Of a stretch of 64,000 nucleotides of DNA, positions 10,886-23,590 are shown one piece after another. Position 1 is the first letter of the stretch. Each line of letters opens with the position of its first letter. Origin of the DNA: Macrostomum lignano (Eukaryota). The stretch lies in NCBI GenBank assembly GCA_002269645.1, contig NIVC01001840.1:1-64000 (forward strand), in the 5' to 3' direction. A program made the translations under genes and the position numbers. The notes beneath the pieces are model-generated. The model was not told the DNA's origin. It saw only the letters and a program-made list of their open reading frames with translations, and did not search any database.

Positions 10886-13431
10886 CAGCCACCTTTTTTA
10901 GCAACAATATCTATCAGCCTATATAATACTTCGCTTGCTAATATATATTCTTAAACATTAAGCTTAGTTCGTTAATATTCGTTAACCATACCGGCCCTCA
11001 AACATGCATATGTACGAGTATATAGAAGTATATATTAAGTGAAGTCAGTCGTCATATGCTGTGGGTTGGCTAGCTTTAGGCGTTAGAAAGAGAGGAATTG
11101 GGCGATGGGAGAAGGGGAGGAGAGTGGAGTGGGAAGAAAAGCCAAGCCACTGCTCCTCCCTTGCCTTCTCCTTATATATATACACAGTATGTGTGCGCGT
11201 GTTTGGTGTCCGACACTGGGGCGAAGGCCGAAAAGCGGAGTTTTGGAAGGCTTGGGAAAGGATTTCGGTAGGTAGGTAGAGAGAAAAAACACACGAGAGG
11301 ACCCAGCAGCGCCTGCTGTGCCTCTTGCCTGCCCTGCCTTGCCTCCCAAAGTCCCCAGCTTCTCTCGCTTTTACCAGTTTTATCCTCTGTTCTCCCTGTG
11401 AGCCTTTGAGCCCCGACTGGCTGGCTGACTGGACCGCGAGGACAAGAGTTGAGGGAGGGCAGGGGAGCGAGAGGGGTCAGGAGATGGGGCGGGGGGGACA
11501 CGAACGAGGCGAACCAAGAGGGCTGAGGTGGGCGGGATAGGGGGGGGGCAAGGCGGGGTCGTTGACTGCCCCCAGGCCCTACTGGGTCCTTCTGCTTCCC
11601 TTTACTTCCTTGCTTAGCCGCCGCCGCTGCCGCCTCTCGGTTGCTGCTTTTTTTACTTCCCTTTCCTTTCGCTTACTGAGAGAGAGAGAGAGAGAGAGAG
11701 AGATTTCTGCCTGCCTGCGCTTCCCCAGGGCCTTGGAAGGGAGGCGAGGGGAGCGGGGGCGGCGCCGCGACCGCGTGGGATTTGGGATTGGGGACTGGGA
11801 ATTTGGGAATGAGGATGCGGAGGTTATTAGAATGAGGATTTGGGCCCGGGGCTGGGGGGGCGGGCGAGGAAGCGAGAATTGGCGATTTTTTTTCGGGAGG
11901 GGGAGGGGAGCGAGCAATGGGAGGAAAGGGATGGAGGTTGGCAGGAAAGGGGAGGAGCGGAGAATTTTGCCGGTAGGGATCTGAGGCGGCTACGGCGGGT
12001 AGGGGCAGACAGGCACCGAGTGTTAAGTGCGCGCACACTGTGTGGAATGGGGGGTGGGGTGGCGCTCGAGGGACTTCGAGGGTTTTAACTGTGTGTGTGT
12101 GTGCGGTGCCAGTTGGTTGGGTGGTCTCTGCGGCGCACAGGGGGGGGGGGGCGTGTGTGGCGAAAGAGAGAGAAGTAGTTGGTTGAAAGTCCCCTAAGCC
12201 CCTGCCAGTCAGCAGTCTATTGGGACTCATGCGGGGTGTGCAGTGAAGGGCATTTGGGGGGTGGGGGTTGCCGACGCTTTCGCTTGGAGCTAGCTTATAA
12301 GGGAAGCTTGGCCTATAAGCCTCCTTTCCTCTCCCGCCACCCGGCCGTTAATTTTTTATTTTGCTCCGTTCTCGACCTCGGCTCCGTTGGGCAGCGGCAT
12401 CGAGGGGTGTGGAGAGTGGGTTGGTGTGGGTGGGGGTTGCGGCGCTTTAGCCTGAGGATTGGGCTTTTGCGCTTTGAAGAAGGGGGCGGCGGGTGGGTCG
12501 GTCGGCCGGTCCAAAATGAGCTAACTAATTTGGTTGGGAGACCGTGCGGCAAAAGGAAGAAGCTATTGGCGGCGGTACCCCCGCCCCTTCCGCCGCCGCC
12601 GCTGTCGCTGACGCCGCGGTTGACGAGGTAGGGGGAGGGGGAGAGAAACGGTTCCCGTTACTTCTGCCCCGCTGGGTGGCGGTGGCACCATATTCTCCTA
12701 GCATATGTATAGTATGCATATGTATATATATATAATTCCTTTCTATCCTCCCACTCTCTCTCCCTTAATTTCTCTCTCACTCGCTCACTCTAGCTTCGCC
12801 CACACTCTTCCTCCTTTATGCTGGCAACCGGCCGCCAACCCCTCATGGTCCCTTACCGTGGCGTGTCCTCTCCTCTCTCTCCCCTCTCTTTCTCTCACAG
12901 TGCCTCTGTACTGTATACTTACTGGCAGTGCCATTCATTCTTGCACACTCACGCTCCCAATCACACGCGCGCATATATACAGTACTAATCTCCTATATAT
13001 ATGTGTGTATATGTATATATAGGGGGCCTTTCCCAAGCTTTCTGTGCAGACTGTGCTGGGTTGGCTGCTGTCTTCTTTCCGTCGCGTTGATCGGATCTCG
13101 GGACGGCGGCGGCTGTGGCTTTGCAGGGGGGGGGGAATTTGCCAACTCCGTTAATACCTTGCACACGCGATCTTGCGGCAATGTCCTCTTTGTATATGTC
13201 TATTTTTTCCTTTGTATCCTCCGTCTTGTCAAATGCATTCTTTTATTGTTGTCAATCAGCAGCTTTAAGCAAATTATTAGCACGCTATTTATACTTTTTT
13301 TAGTCTGGGTCAGTCTAGGAGCATCGGAAGAGCATTTGCGGAATAACTGCCTTGAAATCGATCTTTTTTCTATTGATATATTACTTATAAAGAATATAAA
13401 CTATGTTTATCACATCGGGCTAGGCTTATAT

Positions 13432-13953
13432 TTGCTGGGCCAGCCTCCAAGATGCTCAGTTGCTGGGCCAGCCTCTTAAAGTGTTAGTTGCTGGGCCAGC
13501 CTCCAAGATGCTCAGTTGCTGGCCCAGCCTCTTAAAGTGTTAGTTGCTGGGCCAGCCTCCAAGATGCTCAGTTGCTGGGCCAGCCTCTTAAAGTGTTAGT
13601 TGCTGGGCCAGCCTCCAAGATGCTCAGTTGCTGGCCCAGCCTCTTAAAGTGTTAGTTGCTGGGCCAGCCTCCAAGATGCTCAGTTGCTGGGCCAGCCTCT
13701 TAAAGTGTTAGTTGCTGGGCCAGCCTCCAAGATGCTCAGTTGCTGGCCCAGCCTCTTAAAGTGTTAGTTGCTGGGCCAGCCTCCAAGATGCTCAGTTGCT
13801 GGCCCAGCCTCCCAGATCATCAGTTGCTGGGCCAACCTCCCAGATCATCAGTTGCTGGCCCAGCCTCCCAGATCATCAGTTGCTGGGCCAACCTCTCAGA
13901 TCATCAGTTGCTGGTCCAGCCTCCCAGATCTTCAGTTGCTTCCCAGATTCTCA
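13432..13953. repeat. 28-bp minisatellite organised as a 56-bp dimer (AGTTGCTGGGCCAGCCTC core)
   Basis: Alternating ..CCAAGATGCTC and ..TTAAAGTGTT units with period 56, then a CCCAGATCATC variant. Ends ~25 bp before the acceptor at 13977. Confidence 0.95.
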
Positions 13954-13977
13954 GTAAGCTCTTTTTTGTTCCGGCAG

Positions 13978-14014
13978 GTATGAAGGCCGGGTCGGCAGAA
14001 CCAGCCAGCACCTA

Positions 14015-14064
<50 letters not shown>

Positions 14065-14453
14065 TCCCCCACCCGGGGAATTATCACCCGGCTTACAACT
14101 GCGGCCTGCCACCAAGAGACCAGCCGCTCTACCAATCAGCACAGTTCGCTCAGCAGCTGCATCCGTACGGTAAGCAGCCGCAGCAGCCGCCCCAGCAGCA
14201 GCAGCGGCAGCACTATGCATCTCCGTCCTACTTTGCTCAGCCGCCGCCTCCGCCTCATCACCTGCCACAATCTGTCTATGGCCAGCAGCAGCAGCAGCAG
14301 CAGAATTATCCCGGCAGGCATCCATCCCAAATTGGGAATCCCTACGGTTTAATGATGGGCCAACAGCATCATCAGCATCAGCAGCAGCAGCAACATCATC
14401 AGCATCTGCAGCATCTGCAGCATCAGCAGCCAATGTACCATCATCAGTTTTAA
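13978..14453 (+). CDS. Exon 2 (terminal, poly-Q/P/H/Y-rich) of the zinc-finger gene
   Basis: Acceptor TTTTTTGTTCCGGCAG| at 13977. The phase-1 join gives ..YDSYA-G-MKAGSAEPASTYWQQQ.. to TAA at 14451-14453, with the same CAG-rich style as exon 1. Total CDS 3912 nt. Confidence 0.85.
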
Positions 14454-17400
14454 ACAATATAGATATAGATATGCGTAATGTATGTATAGATTTCTTATAT
14501 TTCTATTAAATTTTCATCATTTCCAATTATATGAAATTCTGGAGTAGCTAGGGATAGAAAAGGCATCAACACCCCTCACTTGTTGGCGCGCCTCTCTGCG
14601 TATATATAATAGTCAAGTGCCGTTGAACCCGCATTTGGGTTTTTTGTAGAAAAATTGGAACTCAAGTGAAGGGAGGAGTGGAGAGAGGAGAGATAGTGGA
14701 GAGCGGTTAGTAGGCAGGCAGGTTAGTCACGGTAGAATAAGGCGAGAGAGACTGAGAGCAGCTCTGGAATTGGAATTCACAATGGAGAAAAATATCCTAG
14801 GACTCTGTAGCATTCAATGGGCCCAGCAGCCGTTGACTGGCTCTGCTTGGTTGATTTTCAGTTTAGCTGGATTTTTGCTGGCAATACTTCTCATATATAC
14901 ATATGAAAATATGTATATACATCATATATACATATGAGAATACATATTTTCGAGCTTTCCCCAACCGAGCAGCCACCACTGGTTGCTAACTGTGTGCGCG
15001 TCTTGACAACAAGACTTTCGTAGAGATACTTGAAAGTTTGACAATTTTGTAGCCTGTTAGGTAGACGCAGTCACCGCCTACATACAGACACACGTCTTAA
15101 CTTGCTGATAATTTATATTTTGGCAAAATGTTTTCCTTTCTCTTCTGTTGCTTTTGCCTTTTGTCTGCTTGAAGATGAGCATAGATGATAGATTCAAGAC
15201 AGAGACATTGTTTTTCGAGATCAGGTGGCTCCAACATTGTTTTGCCGAATTTTATTCTCTCTGCAATTCTTTTCTTATTGCTGTGATCTGAAGGTCTGTT
15301 TTTGGCGGTCTTATTACTCATATGATACATATTATTATTGATTTCTAATATTATAGATAATAGAAAATCATTGGGATTCAATTAGAAATCTCAAACTTTA
15401 TAAAATAATTTACGTTACATATCGTCAATATTTCTAGTAGATTTTCAAACGATTTTGATATAAAATTAGAATTCCACTACTTGTACTCGTCAGTAGTAGA
15501 AAGCGCGCATGCGCATGTACTTCTAATTCTAAGAATATGGTTTTCCTATAGAAAATGGCTAAGCTACTTATTACACATTTAAAGACTGACTGAGTCTGAA
15601 GTTAAATTGATAGCCATTGTGTAGGTCATTCCGGGACATTGCTGCCGTGTGTGCTTAGCTAACCGATTTGTGTAATTAATTTATCTGTTTTTTATTAAGA
15701 TTTGCAATTCGTTACTATAGATATATATTGAAGTTTATACCTTAGCAAATGCTCAATAAATACCTCAAAGTTGTATCTTGAGTGGATAGTTACAAATGGC
15801 AGTTCATGATTTTATTAATGTTATTTAAAAAGTTATTTTTTATTCTGCTGTGTCTGTGAAGTCGGCGCCCTGATTGGATGTTCACAGTTGTTACTGAAGT
15901 GGCCTCCGAAATCCCTGAGAATGGAATAGAGACTGCATTTTAGACTTCGGCGATCCCCTGTCCAACAAATTCCCTGATTCCCTGAATATTATAATATTTC
16001 TCATCTGCCTACATAATGCTGCTCATATTGTGCAATTGCGCTTGTTTTGCACAATTTATTATTATTTTCTTTTTAAACGCCTTACATATTATTATTATAA
16101 ATTATTCACTCTGTGTTTTTTTTAAGTGCAAAGACTTCAATTGTGCAAATTAATGCGTACTTATTACATTATTGATCATAAATGCTGGAAAAATAGCTAA
16201 ATTCTGCACAATCCTAAACTTGATGCCGCTTCTCGCTCTGCAACCCCACCTCGGTCTGCCTGCGGAACTGACTGTAATGAAAGTGCCTATAAATAATGCT
16301 AACTTGAAAATATTACAATTTTTGTTACATAAAATTTTGTCGCTTGTTGGTATGGTAAAAATTGATGATGCAATCACCTACTTTGTTATTGGAATTGAAT
16401 ATTACAGAATGCACTTCTATATGCTTAAGAAATGTAATATTTTAAATTTTTTGAGGTAAAATATTTTAAATTATTTTCATGTTCACGTACCCTCCCTACG
16501 TCATTTCGTGTTGTTGCCTTTCCTTTTGTTCGGTCTGTTTTTATTTTCTTTTAATGGCAGTATTTGTGTTTTGTTTGTTTGCTTACGCTTAGGCCTCCCG
16601 CAGTTTAACTTTGTGATTTGTACATAAAATAACATTTCTGGGGTGAAATTTGCAATTTAAACAACTTTTTCGAACATTTGCCTTTGTTTCTACTGCGAGT
16701 AGCCGCCGTGGATGCTTATAGAATAATATAACAAGCTCAGGTGGATTTTAGCAAAATTTTAGCTCGTACTTATATTCAAACCTGAAACTAATTCAATCCG
16801 CTTTGTAGGCTATAATCCACCTGAAGTTTATCGTGATCATTAATCTTAATATATTATTATTATTATTAACGTTTCCTCTGTCCAACTTTAGTCTTAGATT
16901 AGTTAATGCTGTTTATATTCCTTTGCAATCGTGTGTAGTAACGAATCATAAAATTCTGTAATAAATTATAAACGCACTAATTTTTGTCTACTATTATAAT
17001 ATATATATATTGTTGTTGAAATTTCAAATGAATTCTTTGTCAATAATTTTGATGCCATTCAATTAATTCGGATGCAAATGCTTTTTGCACAATGGATCGC
17101 CTGCACTCCGCACAGAACCCCCCCCCATTTCTGAGCTTGGTGTACGTGCTGCAGAAATGGTTGCATGCGTCTGCTTTTTCAATTCTGTGTTTTTCAAATA
17201 CGTATATATATACATATAAATATATGTTAAATATTTTTGGCGTCATCCACTGCGTCGCAAGTTCTTGTTTTTGCTTTTGCAAGCAGGCAATATTTGAGTT
17301 TGTTCGGCAGTTTGTTTGTTTCTCTCGTTCTGTCTGTTGTTTATTAGTTTTTCCCCTGTTCGTTTTTTTGCGCAATTACTAATTATGTTATTTTATCTGG

Positions 17401-17759
17401 AGTATAAGCTGGAATCGTGTTTCGCTAATATAATATATTGCTGAGTCATTTTGAATATATATGCATACATATATATTACTATTTACATATAAATATATAT
17501 ATATATAATTTACATTCACTATTGTTCTGGCTTTTCTGGCAGCAAAGGTCAGTTGGAATTTACTTAAAACTGCATTCAAATCTGAAAATGGAAGCTGCAG
17601 CACTCCCGTTTGGCTTAATTTGTTTTATCATGAAAATATGGGCTGAAAATCACTTCTGTACTACTTGTAAGTAGTTCTTCGTGTTAGTATTAGATCAATG
17701 ACTGCCACTGACTGCTACCAATATATCAATCCTGCGCTTAGTTATCGATTTGTCGCTAA

Positions 17760-18442
17760 ATTAGGTATCGATTAGAATTTCATTGTCACTAGATTAGGTA
17801 TCAATTAGTATCATGCCGATAGATTAGTTATCGATTAGTATCATGTCACTAGATTAGGTATCGATTAGTATCATGTCACTAGATTAGGTATCGATTAGTA
17901 TCATGTCACTAGATTAGGTATCGATTAGTAATCATGCCGATAGATTAGTTATCGATTAGAATCATGTCACTAGATTAAGTATCGATTAGTATCATGTCAC
18001 TAGATTAGGTACTGATTAGTATCACGTCACTAGATTAGGTACCGATTAGTATCACGTCACTAGATTAGGTACCGATTAGTATCATGTTACTAGATTAGGT
18101 ACCGATTAGTATCGTGTCACTAGATTAGGTATCGATAAGTATCACGTCACTAGATTAGGTACCGATTAGCATCATGTCACTAGATTAGGTACTGATTAGT
18201 ATCACGTCACTAGATTAGGTATTGATAAGTATCATGTCACTAGATTAGGTACCGATTAGTATCATGTCACTAGATTAGGTACCGATTAGTATCGTGTCAC
18301 TAGATTAGGTACTGATTAGTATCACGTCACTAGATTAGGTATTGATAAGTATCATGTCACTAGATTAGGTACCGATTAGTATCATGTCACTAGATTAGGT
18401 ACTGATTAGTATCACGTCACTAGATTAGGTACCGATTAGTAT
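17760..18442. repeat. 30-bp minisatellite (CACTAGATTAGGTACCGATTAGTATCATGT), ~22 copies
   Basis: Direct tandem repeat, period 30. Confidence 0.97.
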
Positions 18443-19484
18443 TCACACGTAGATCTTCAATGTCTGTATACATTGATGCAGACGCATACAGACAGGCGTG
18501 TTTTTTTAGAAATTAAAAAAGCGACCTGGAAAGTGTAAACGAAAACGACAGATTAAATTGGCTTAGAGCATACAGCCAGCAGTGCTCAGTTTCTGAGCAT
18601 CTTCCTAAAGAAGCAGACCTGGCTGGCTGCACGGACCAAGCAGTTCATCCTCCTGGCCTTCGTGCTTCGCGTCCATCTCCGTCTTTCTTTTCCAACGATT
18701 TTCTTCCGTTTGATTTCTCTCAGCCGGCATGAATCCGCTGAGCATTAATTTCTCCCATCGGCCGAGCGGTGAGGAAGAATGGAATTGGGGAGGGGGGGGG
18801 GATTTTTTGTCTTCTTCCTGAGCTATTGGAATTGTCTCACTTCTTCTGCTTTTGCCGCGGCAAACAACTTTTTGCTTTGGCTTAGGCAAGCAAGTATATA
18901 TAGATCGGAGCCCACCTGACACACAAGCCTGCCCAGTTTAGCGTAAATAATTCGACACCCACCTACACAAATCCATCGCTGGTTTCCTCGATTCTTCTTC
19001 ATTTGGGATTCTTTTCTCCTCGTCTCCTCCGCTTCAAGCTCCAGTCCGTCTCAGTTCGTGCTTGAGAAAACGAAAAGCAATTTGTGGCATCGCGCTGCTA
19101 AGGATAGAAATAATCATCGCCTACATTTATTTGCCAGTGAGTGCCTCTTGGATTCCGAACGATTTCATTTTGAGCTGCCCCAACCCCGAGTTCGAGTCTC
19201 GGCTTTCAGTTTCTAACTACTGCAGTAACTTAATTCTCGCGTGTTTAACTGAATTTATCTATTGGTTTGTCATCTATCGAGTCTTGATCATCCATTATTT
19301 TAAAACCGTTTGAGATGCGCTCGTAATAATGCTGTACTCTCGTTTGAAATAAATGCTATAGCTAGAAATAAATGCTGTGTCAAATTGAGCACTGGATTGG
19401 AGCCGCGACGTCATGCACAACCAGACCGACCATCCTAATGAATATTGTCCCTCTCTTGGGGTCCTTCAGTGGTCTTATCTGTTC

Positions 19485-19562
19485 GACCCTGTGCGATTCT
19501 GTTCGACCCTGTGCGATTCTGTTCGATCCTGTTCGATCTTGTTCGATCCTGTTCGATCCTGT
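19485..19562. repeat. Short 10/20-bp repeat (CTGTTCGATC)
   Basis: About 7 degenerate copies. Confidence 0.85.
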
Positions 19563-20384
19563 GAAGACATCAGACACCATTCAAGAGCCCAAGTTCCTGT
19601 TTTGTTTGATTCATCCCAGGGAGGTATGAGCGTACTGGTTTTGAACTAATTTTACTTGACTTGCACGTATTTGTCTCAGGAAAACATCTGGAAATCGCTT
19701 GTTTTAATTGAGGACCAAACACCTAGAGTATGAAGTTCTCTTTTAATAATATGAAAGAATCTTAGATCCCCTCGGAATTGTGTTCCATCTCATCTCAACA
19801 ATCTTGAATGATTTTCACTTCAAGCTTGTACGCTCGTAGATACGTGTGGTCGAAATATCTGTCTTCGATCTTCTGAAAAGTTGTCTGTGCAATTTTTTCA
19901 GAAACTCAAGCAACTATACAGGAGGTTTCCATTTTAGCGACACCAAAAGTAAAACAAAGTTTGTCCCACTGATTCCGCTTCTGACGTGGCATTGGCAAGC
20001 TAATTCATTTCTTCTTCAAGCGATTAGCGCCAGCAGCGTTCGTTCCGGTAAAATAGTTGGCTCCTCTTTATAGTTTGTTTATTCCCTTCTCTGCTTTAGT
20101 CGCTGGCCAAATTTTTCCACAAACAGTTGATGGGCTGTTAGTCAGAGCTGTGGGGCTAGTATATGGGATTTTTCACGCCCGAAGTAACAAGCCAGCAAAA
20201 TAGAAAATATAAAGGGGAAAAGAGTGTTGCCGCTAATTCCCCGACCGTTGGCAGACACCCTAATTCACTACAGTTGCTAGTGACGTTTTTTCACTGCTAA
20301 CTGTCAAGTCACTGTTATACGGTGTGCCATGCACTGCAGACTGCAGAGGATAGAATCCAGGACCAATCACGGACCACTGAAGGA

Positions 20385-20820
20385 TCCGCTTAGGTGGTAG
20401 CAACTGATCACTGAAGAGTCTGTTAAGGTGGTAGCAACTGATCACTAAAGAGTCTGCTAAGGTGGTAGCAACTGATCACTGAAGAGTCTGATAAGGTGGT
20501 AGCAACTGATCACTGAAGAGTCTAAGGTGGTAGCAACTGATCACTGAAGAGTCTAAGGTGGTAGCAACTGATCACTGAAGAGTCTGTTAAGGTGGTAGCA
20601 ACTGATCACTAAAGAGTCTGCTAAGGTGGTAGCAACTGATCACTGAAGAGTCTGATAAGGTGGTAGCAACTGATCACTGAAGAGTCTAAGGTGGTAGCAA
20701 CTGATCACTGAAGAGTCTAAGGTGGTAGCAACTGATCACTGAAGAGTCTAAGGTGGTAGCAACTGATCACTAAAGAGTCTGCTAAGGTGGTAGCAACTGA
20801 TCACTGAAAGGTCTGCTGAG
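20385..20820. repeat. 31-34-bp minisatellite (AAGGTGGTAGCAACTGATCACTGAAGAGTCT+/-GNT), ~13 copies
   Basis: Direct tandem repeat with an internal duplicated block. Confidence 0.95.
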
Positions 20821-23590
20821 TGGTACCGCCGAACTACTGAACTGAATGATCTTTGAGATGGTAAGCGAAGGACTCCTGAAGAATCTTTAGGGTGGCAACG
20901 ACAGATCACTTCAATATCTGTGAGGAAATAAGGATTGAGGGAACCTGTAGGGCATTGCGATGACCCAGAGAAGAAACCGCAGTCGAAGATGACAGCGATT
21001 TGCTGAGGGAACCAATAGGTCAACTGACAATCCGAGTCCTGAAGATTTGATGTCCGATTTGCACTGCTGATACTTGAAAGGTTCCTATCCAGCAGGTAGA
21101 TTGCATCTCGATTTCCCATTGATGCTTCTATTTATCCTACTTGTACCAGATTGGAACTGAATCCTTCCTGCTGATCTTAATGTCATCCGTTCTACTTCTT
21201 CACCCGGCAGGTAAACAGGGCAGACAGTGGATGCCACAGTGCATGTCTATTTTGCAGTACATACAGCATGACTGACTGCATAGTTGAAGGCGTCTTCGTG
21301 GACGCGTGTTGACGAAAGCCATCAATCAAATTTATTCTTCAGACTTGGTCAGAAGTACCTTCAATGCTGGACTTGCGGCACTGCATTTTCTGCATGCAGC
21401 AAGGAGTCTACGAATGTAAATAGCTGCGAAAGCAACAGAATAAATCTCTTCTGCCTCTAATTTCCCTAGCCATAGAGGCCATTGTAAATGAAGCACTTAT
21501 TTGCCTCCTTGTAGCCTCTTTATTGTATCAATACTGCACTATACCCCTCTCTGTTTCTCACTCTTGCAGATCGCAGTGATGCGTCTTTCCAGTCTTCTCT
21601 TTATTTGTGTAAGCCTCAACCCCTGTTGCTGCCCTTTACTAAATGCCAATAGTATAGCTGTCCATATCATGATGTTCCTTTCTTTATTTTTGGTACACTT
21701 CTTACTGCACCTTTGCGACTAAGGCAGACTATTCGTTTTCAAGCTACGAGTATTGAATCGAGCCGATACGATATACACACGAGTAAGTTGCAGTTTCGGT
21801 GCTAATTGTTCTTTGCCTTTGTTGCTACTATAAATAAACTTAGAAACGTAGCGAAAACCACTGATGCATGCAGTACCGAATATCAGTGGGCTATTAAGAG
21901 CAACTGAACTGTACGTTATCAAGGATCGCGTGAATCAGACAGTGTTATTTCTCTGTATACAATTTAGATTAGTCTTTGTTGCTTGCTATGTTTTGAACAC
22001 TCAGCGGTGGTAGGGTGCCTGCGACCGCGTCAATCGATAGAGTCGCAGAGAGTGCAACTCTGCGCGGATGATTTGGCCTGGCAACAGTATAGCTAGACGA
22101 TAGAGTGAAATGCTGCATTGGTGACTCGCTCGTCGCTGATCCAGCATGCGCCCGCGTCAATCTGCTGTTCGAGCGATTTCGACAGCGTCTTAAGTCTTGG
22201 CGTTATAAGGTCTCAACCACCAACTGGAACAGGAACAAGAACAACAACGAAGCGGTGTCAGCCACAAGCCATCGAGTTCAAGGCATTTTGTGTAAAGATT
22301 AAGAATCACTTGGACCTGTCGTACCGACGCGGCGATTAGGTTCCGTGACTCAGTCGTCGCCCATCTTGAAACAGCATCAATCATGACAGTCTCAACATCG
22401 CTTAAATTATTGATCATTGATGTCTTCACCTAGCACTAGACAGAAGTAGCATTTTTCACTTGTTGAGCAATCAGACATTCAGTTTGTTAAGATGCCGCAA
22501 CTAGAAGTCCGCATTCGTTGCCTGTGGTAGAAAGAGGTCACTAGCCTGCAGGAACGGCACCAGGGTTGCTCCAGATTTTTCCATAAAACTCCAGTTAATG
22601 TCTTGAAGGACGATGACGTCTCTCACCTCATGGACTATCACTGACACCGGAATCTCTTCTATGCTTTCTTGCTGCCTTGACTGAGAGTGAATGAATCGTC
22701 TTCATTTACTGCCCTTTTCTACCTTTTCTTTTTCTATAGTAAACTTCATATTGTCCAAAACTTTTCAACGATATGAAGTTCGAGCTTAAAAAGCTTGACC
22801 ATGCACTATCGTTCATGCGTACCAAAGTTTACGAGCTATGTAGCTGAATAAGTAATAATTCGAATAATTCCTGTAATAGGATTCTAAAGTCATATCGCTC
22901 GCTAAGCTAATGCAAAACAGCAATGCAAAGTCAAGTGTTTCACGTAAACGATATGCACACACATTACGCTCGTGCATGTTTGCTTTTTTAAGCGAATTTA
23001 GGACAAAACTTAGGACAAATCTAGAACTACTGAAATGCGAATATTAAGTGAAGTGGGTGGATTTAGTCTTTTAAAGATTAGCAGAACATGCCTCCTTTCG
23101 TGTACCCGGTAGGTTTCCAGGGCAAGTTTATTGACTTAAGCTGCACCAATGGCGTACATCTATCTGTACACTATACATCGCAGCAATAACATGCCGTCCC
23201 TAAACCGCAGGCCAGCGCCTGAAAAAGTGCGCCAGCAGAAAGAGAAAGAAAACTTGTAAAAAAGCTCTTTGAATTAATAATATTCATTAAGCATTGGCGA
23301 TTTTCCGAAGGCGATTTCACCAATAATATTGACTTGATATTGGCGATATTCTGAGGGCGATTTCGGCAATAGGAATGACGCACGATACATAGGGGCGATT
23401 TTTTATGAAGTTGCCAGCAATAAGAGTCAGGAATTGCACGTATTGCACGTAGAGTCAGGAATAGCACGTACGTTGCATGAGCTCATGTACATATTAACTA
23501 ACCGATGCACTTTTAGACTTACCGGTAATTGAGCGAAAAGCACTTCTACTATAATATGCTTGAGAAATCAAGATTATAAGGATAGTTATA

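Noticed and set aside
15097-15515. Minus-strand 94-aa ORF below an NRF1-like GCGCATGCGCA motif
   Set aside because: It has a TTG start, no domain and no splice partners; a single motif is not enough evidence.
20820-22600. Possible decayed retroelement or transposase coding sequence
   Set aside because: Composition looks coding-like, but every frame examined has multiple stops and no diagnostic RT, integrase or DDE motif could be read.
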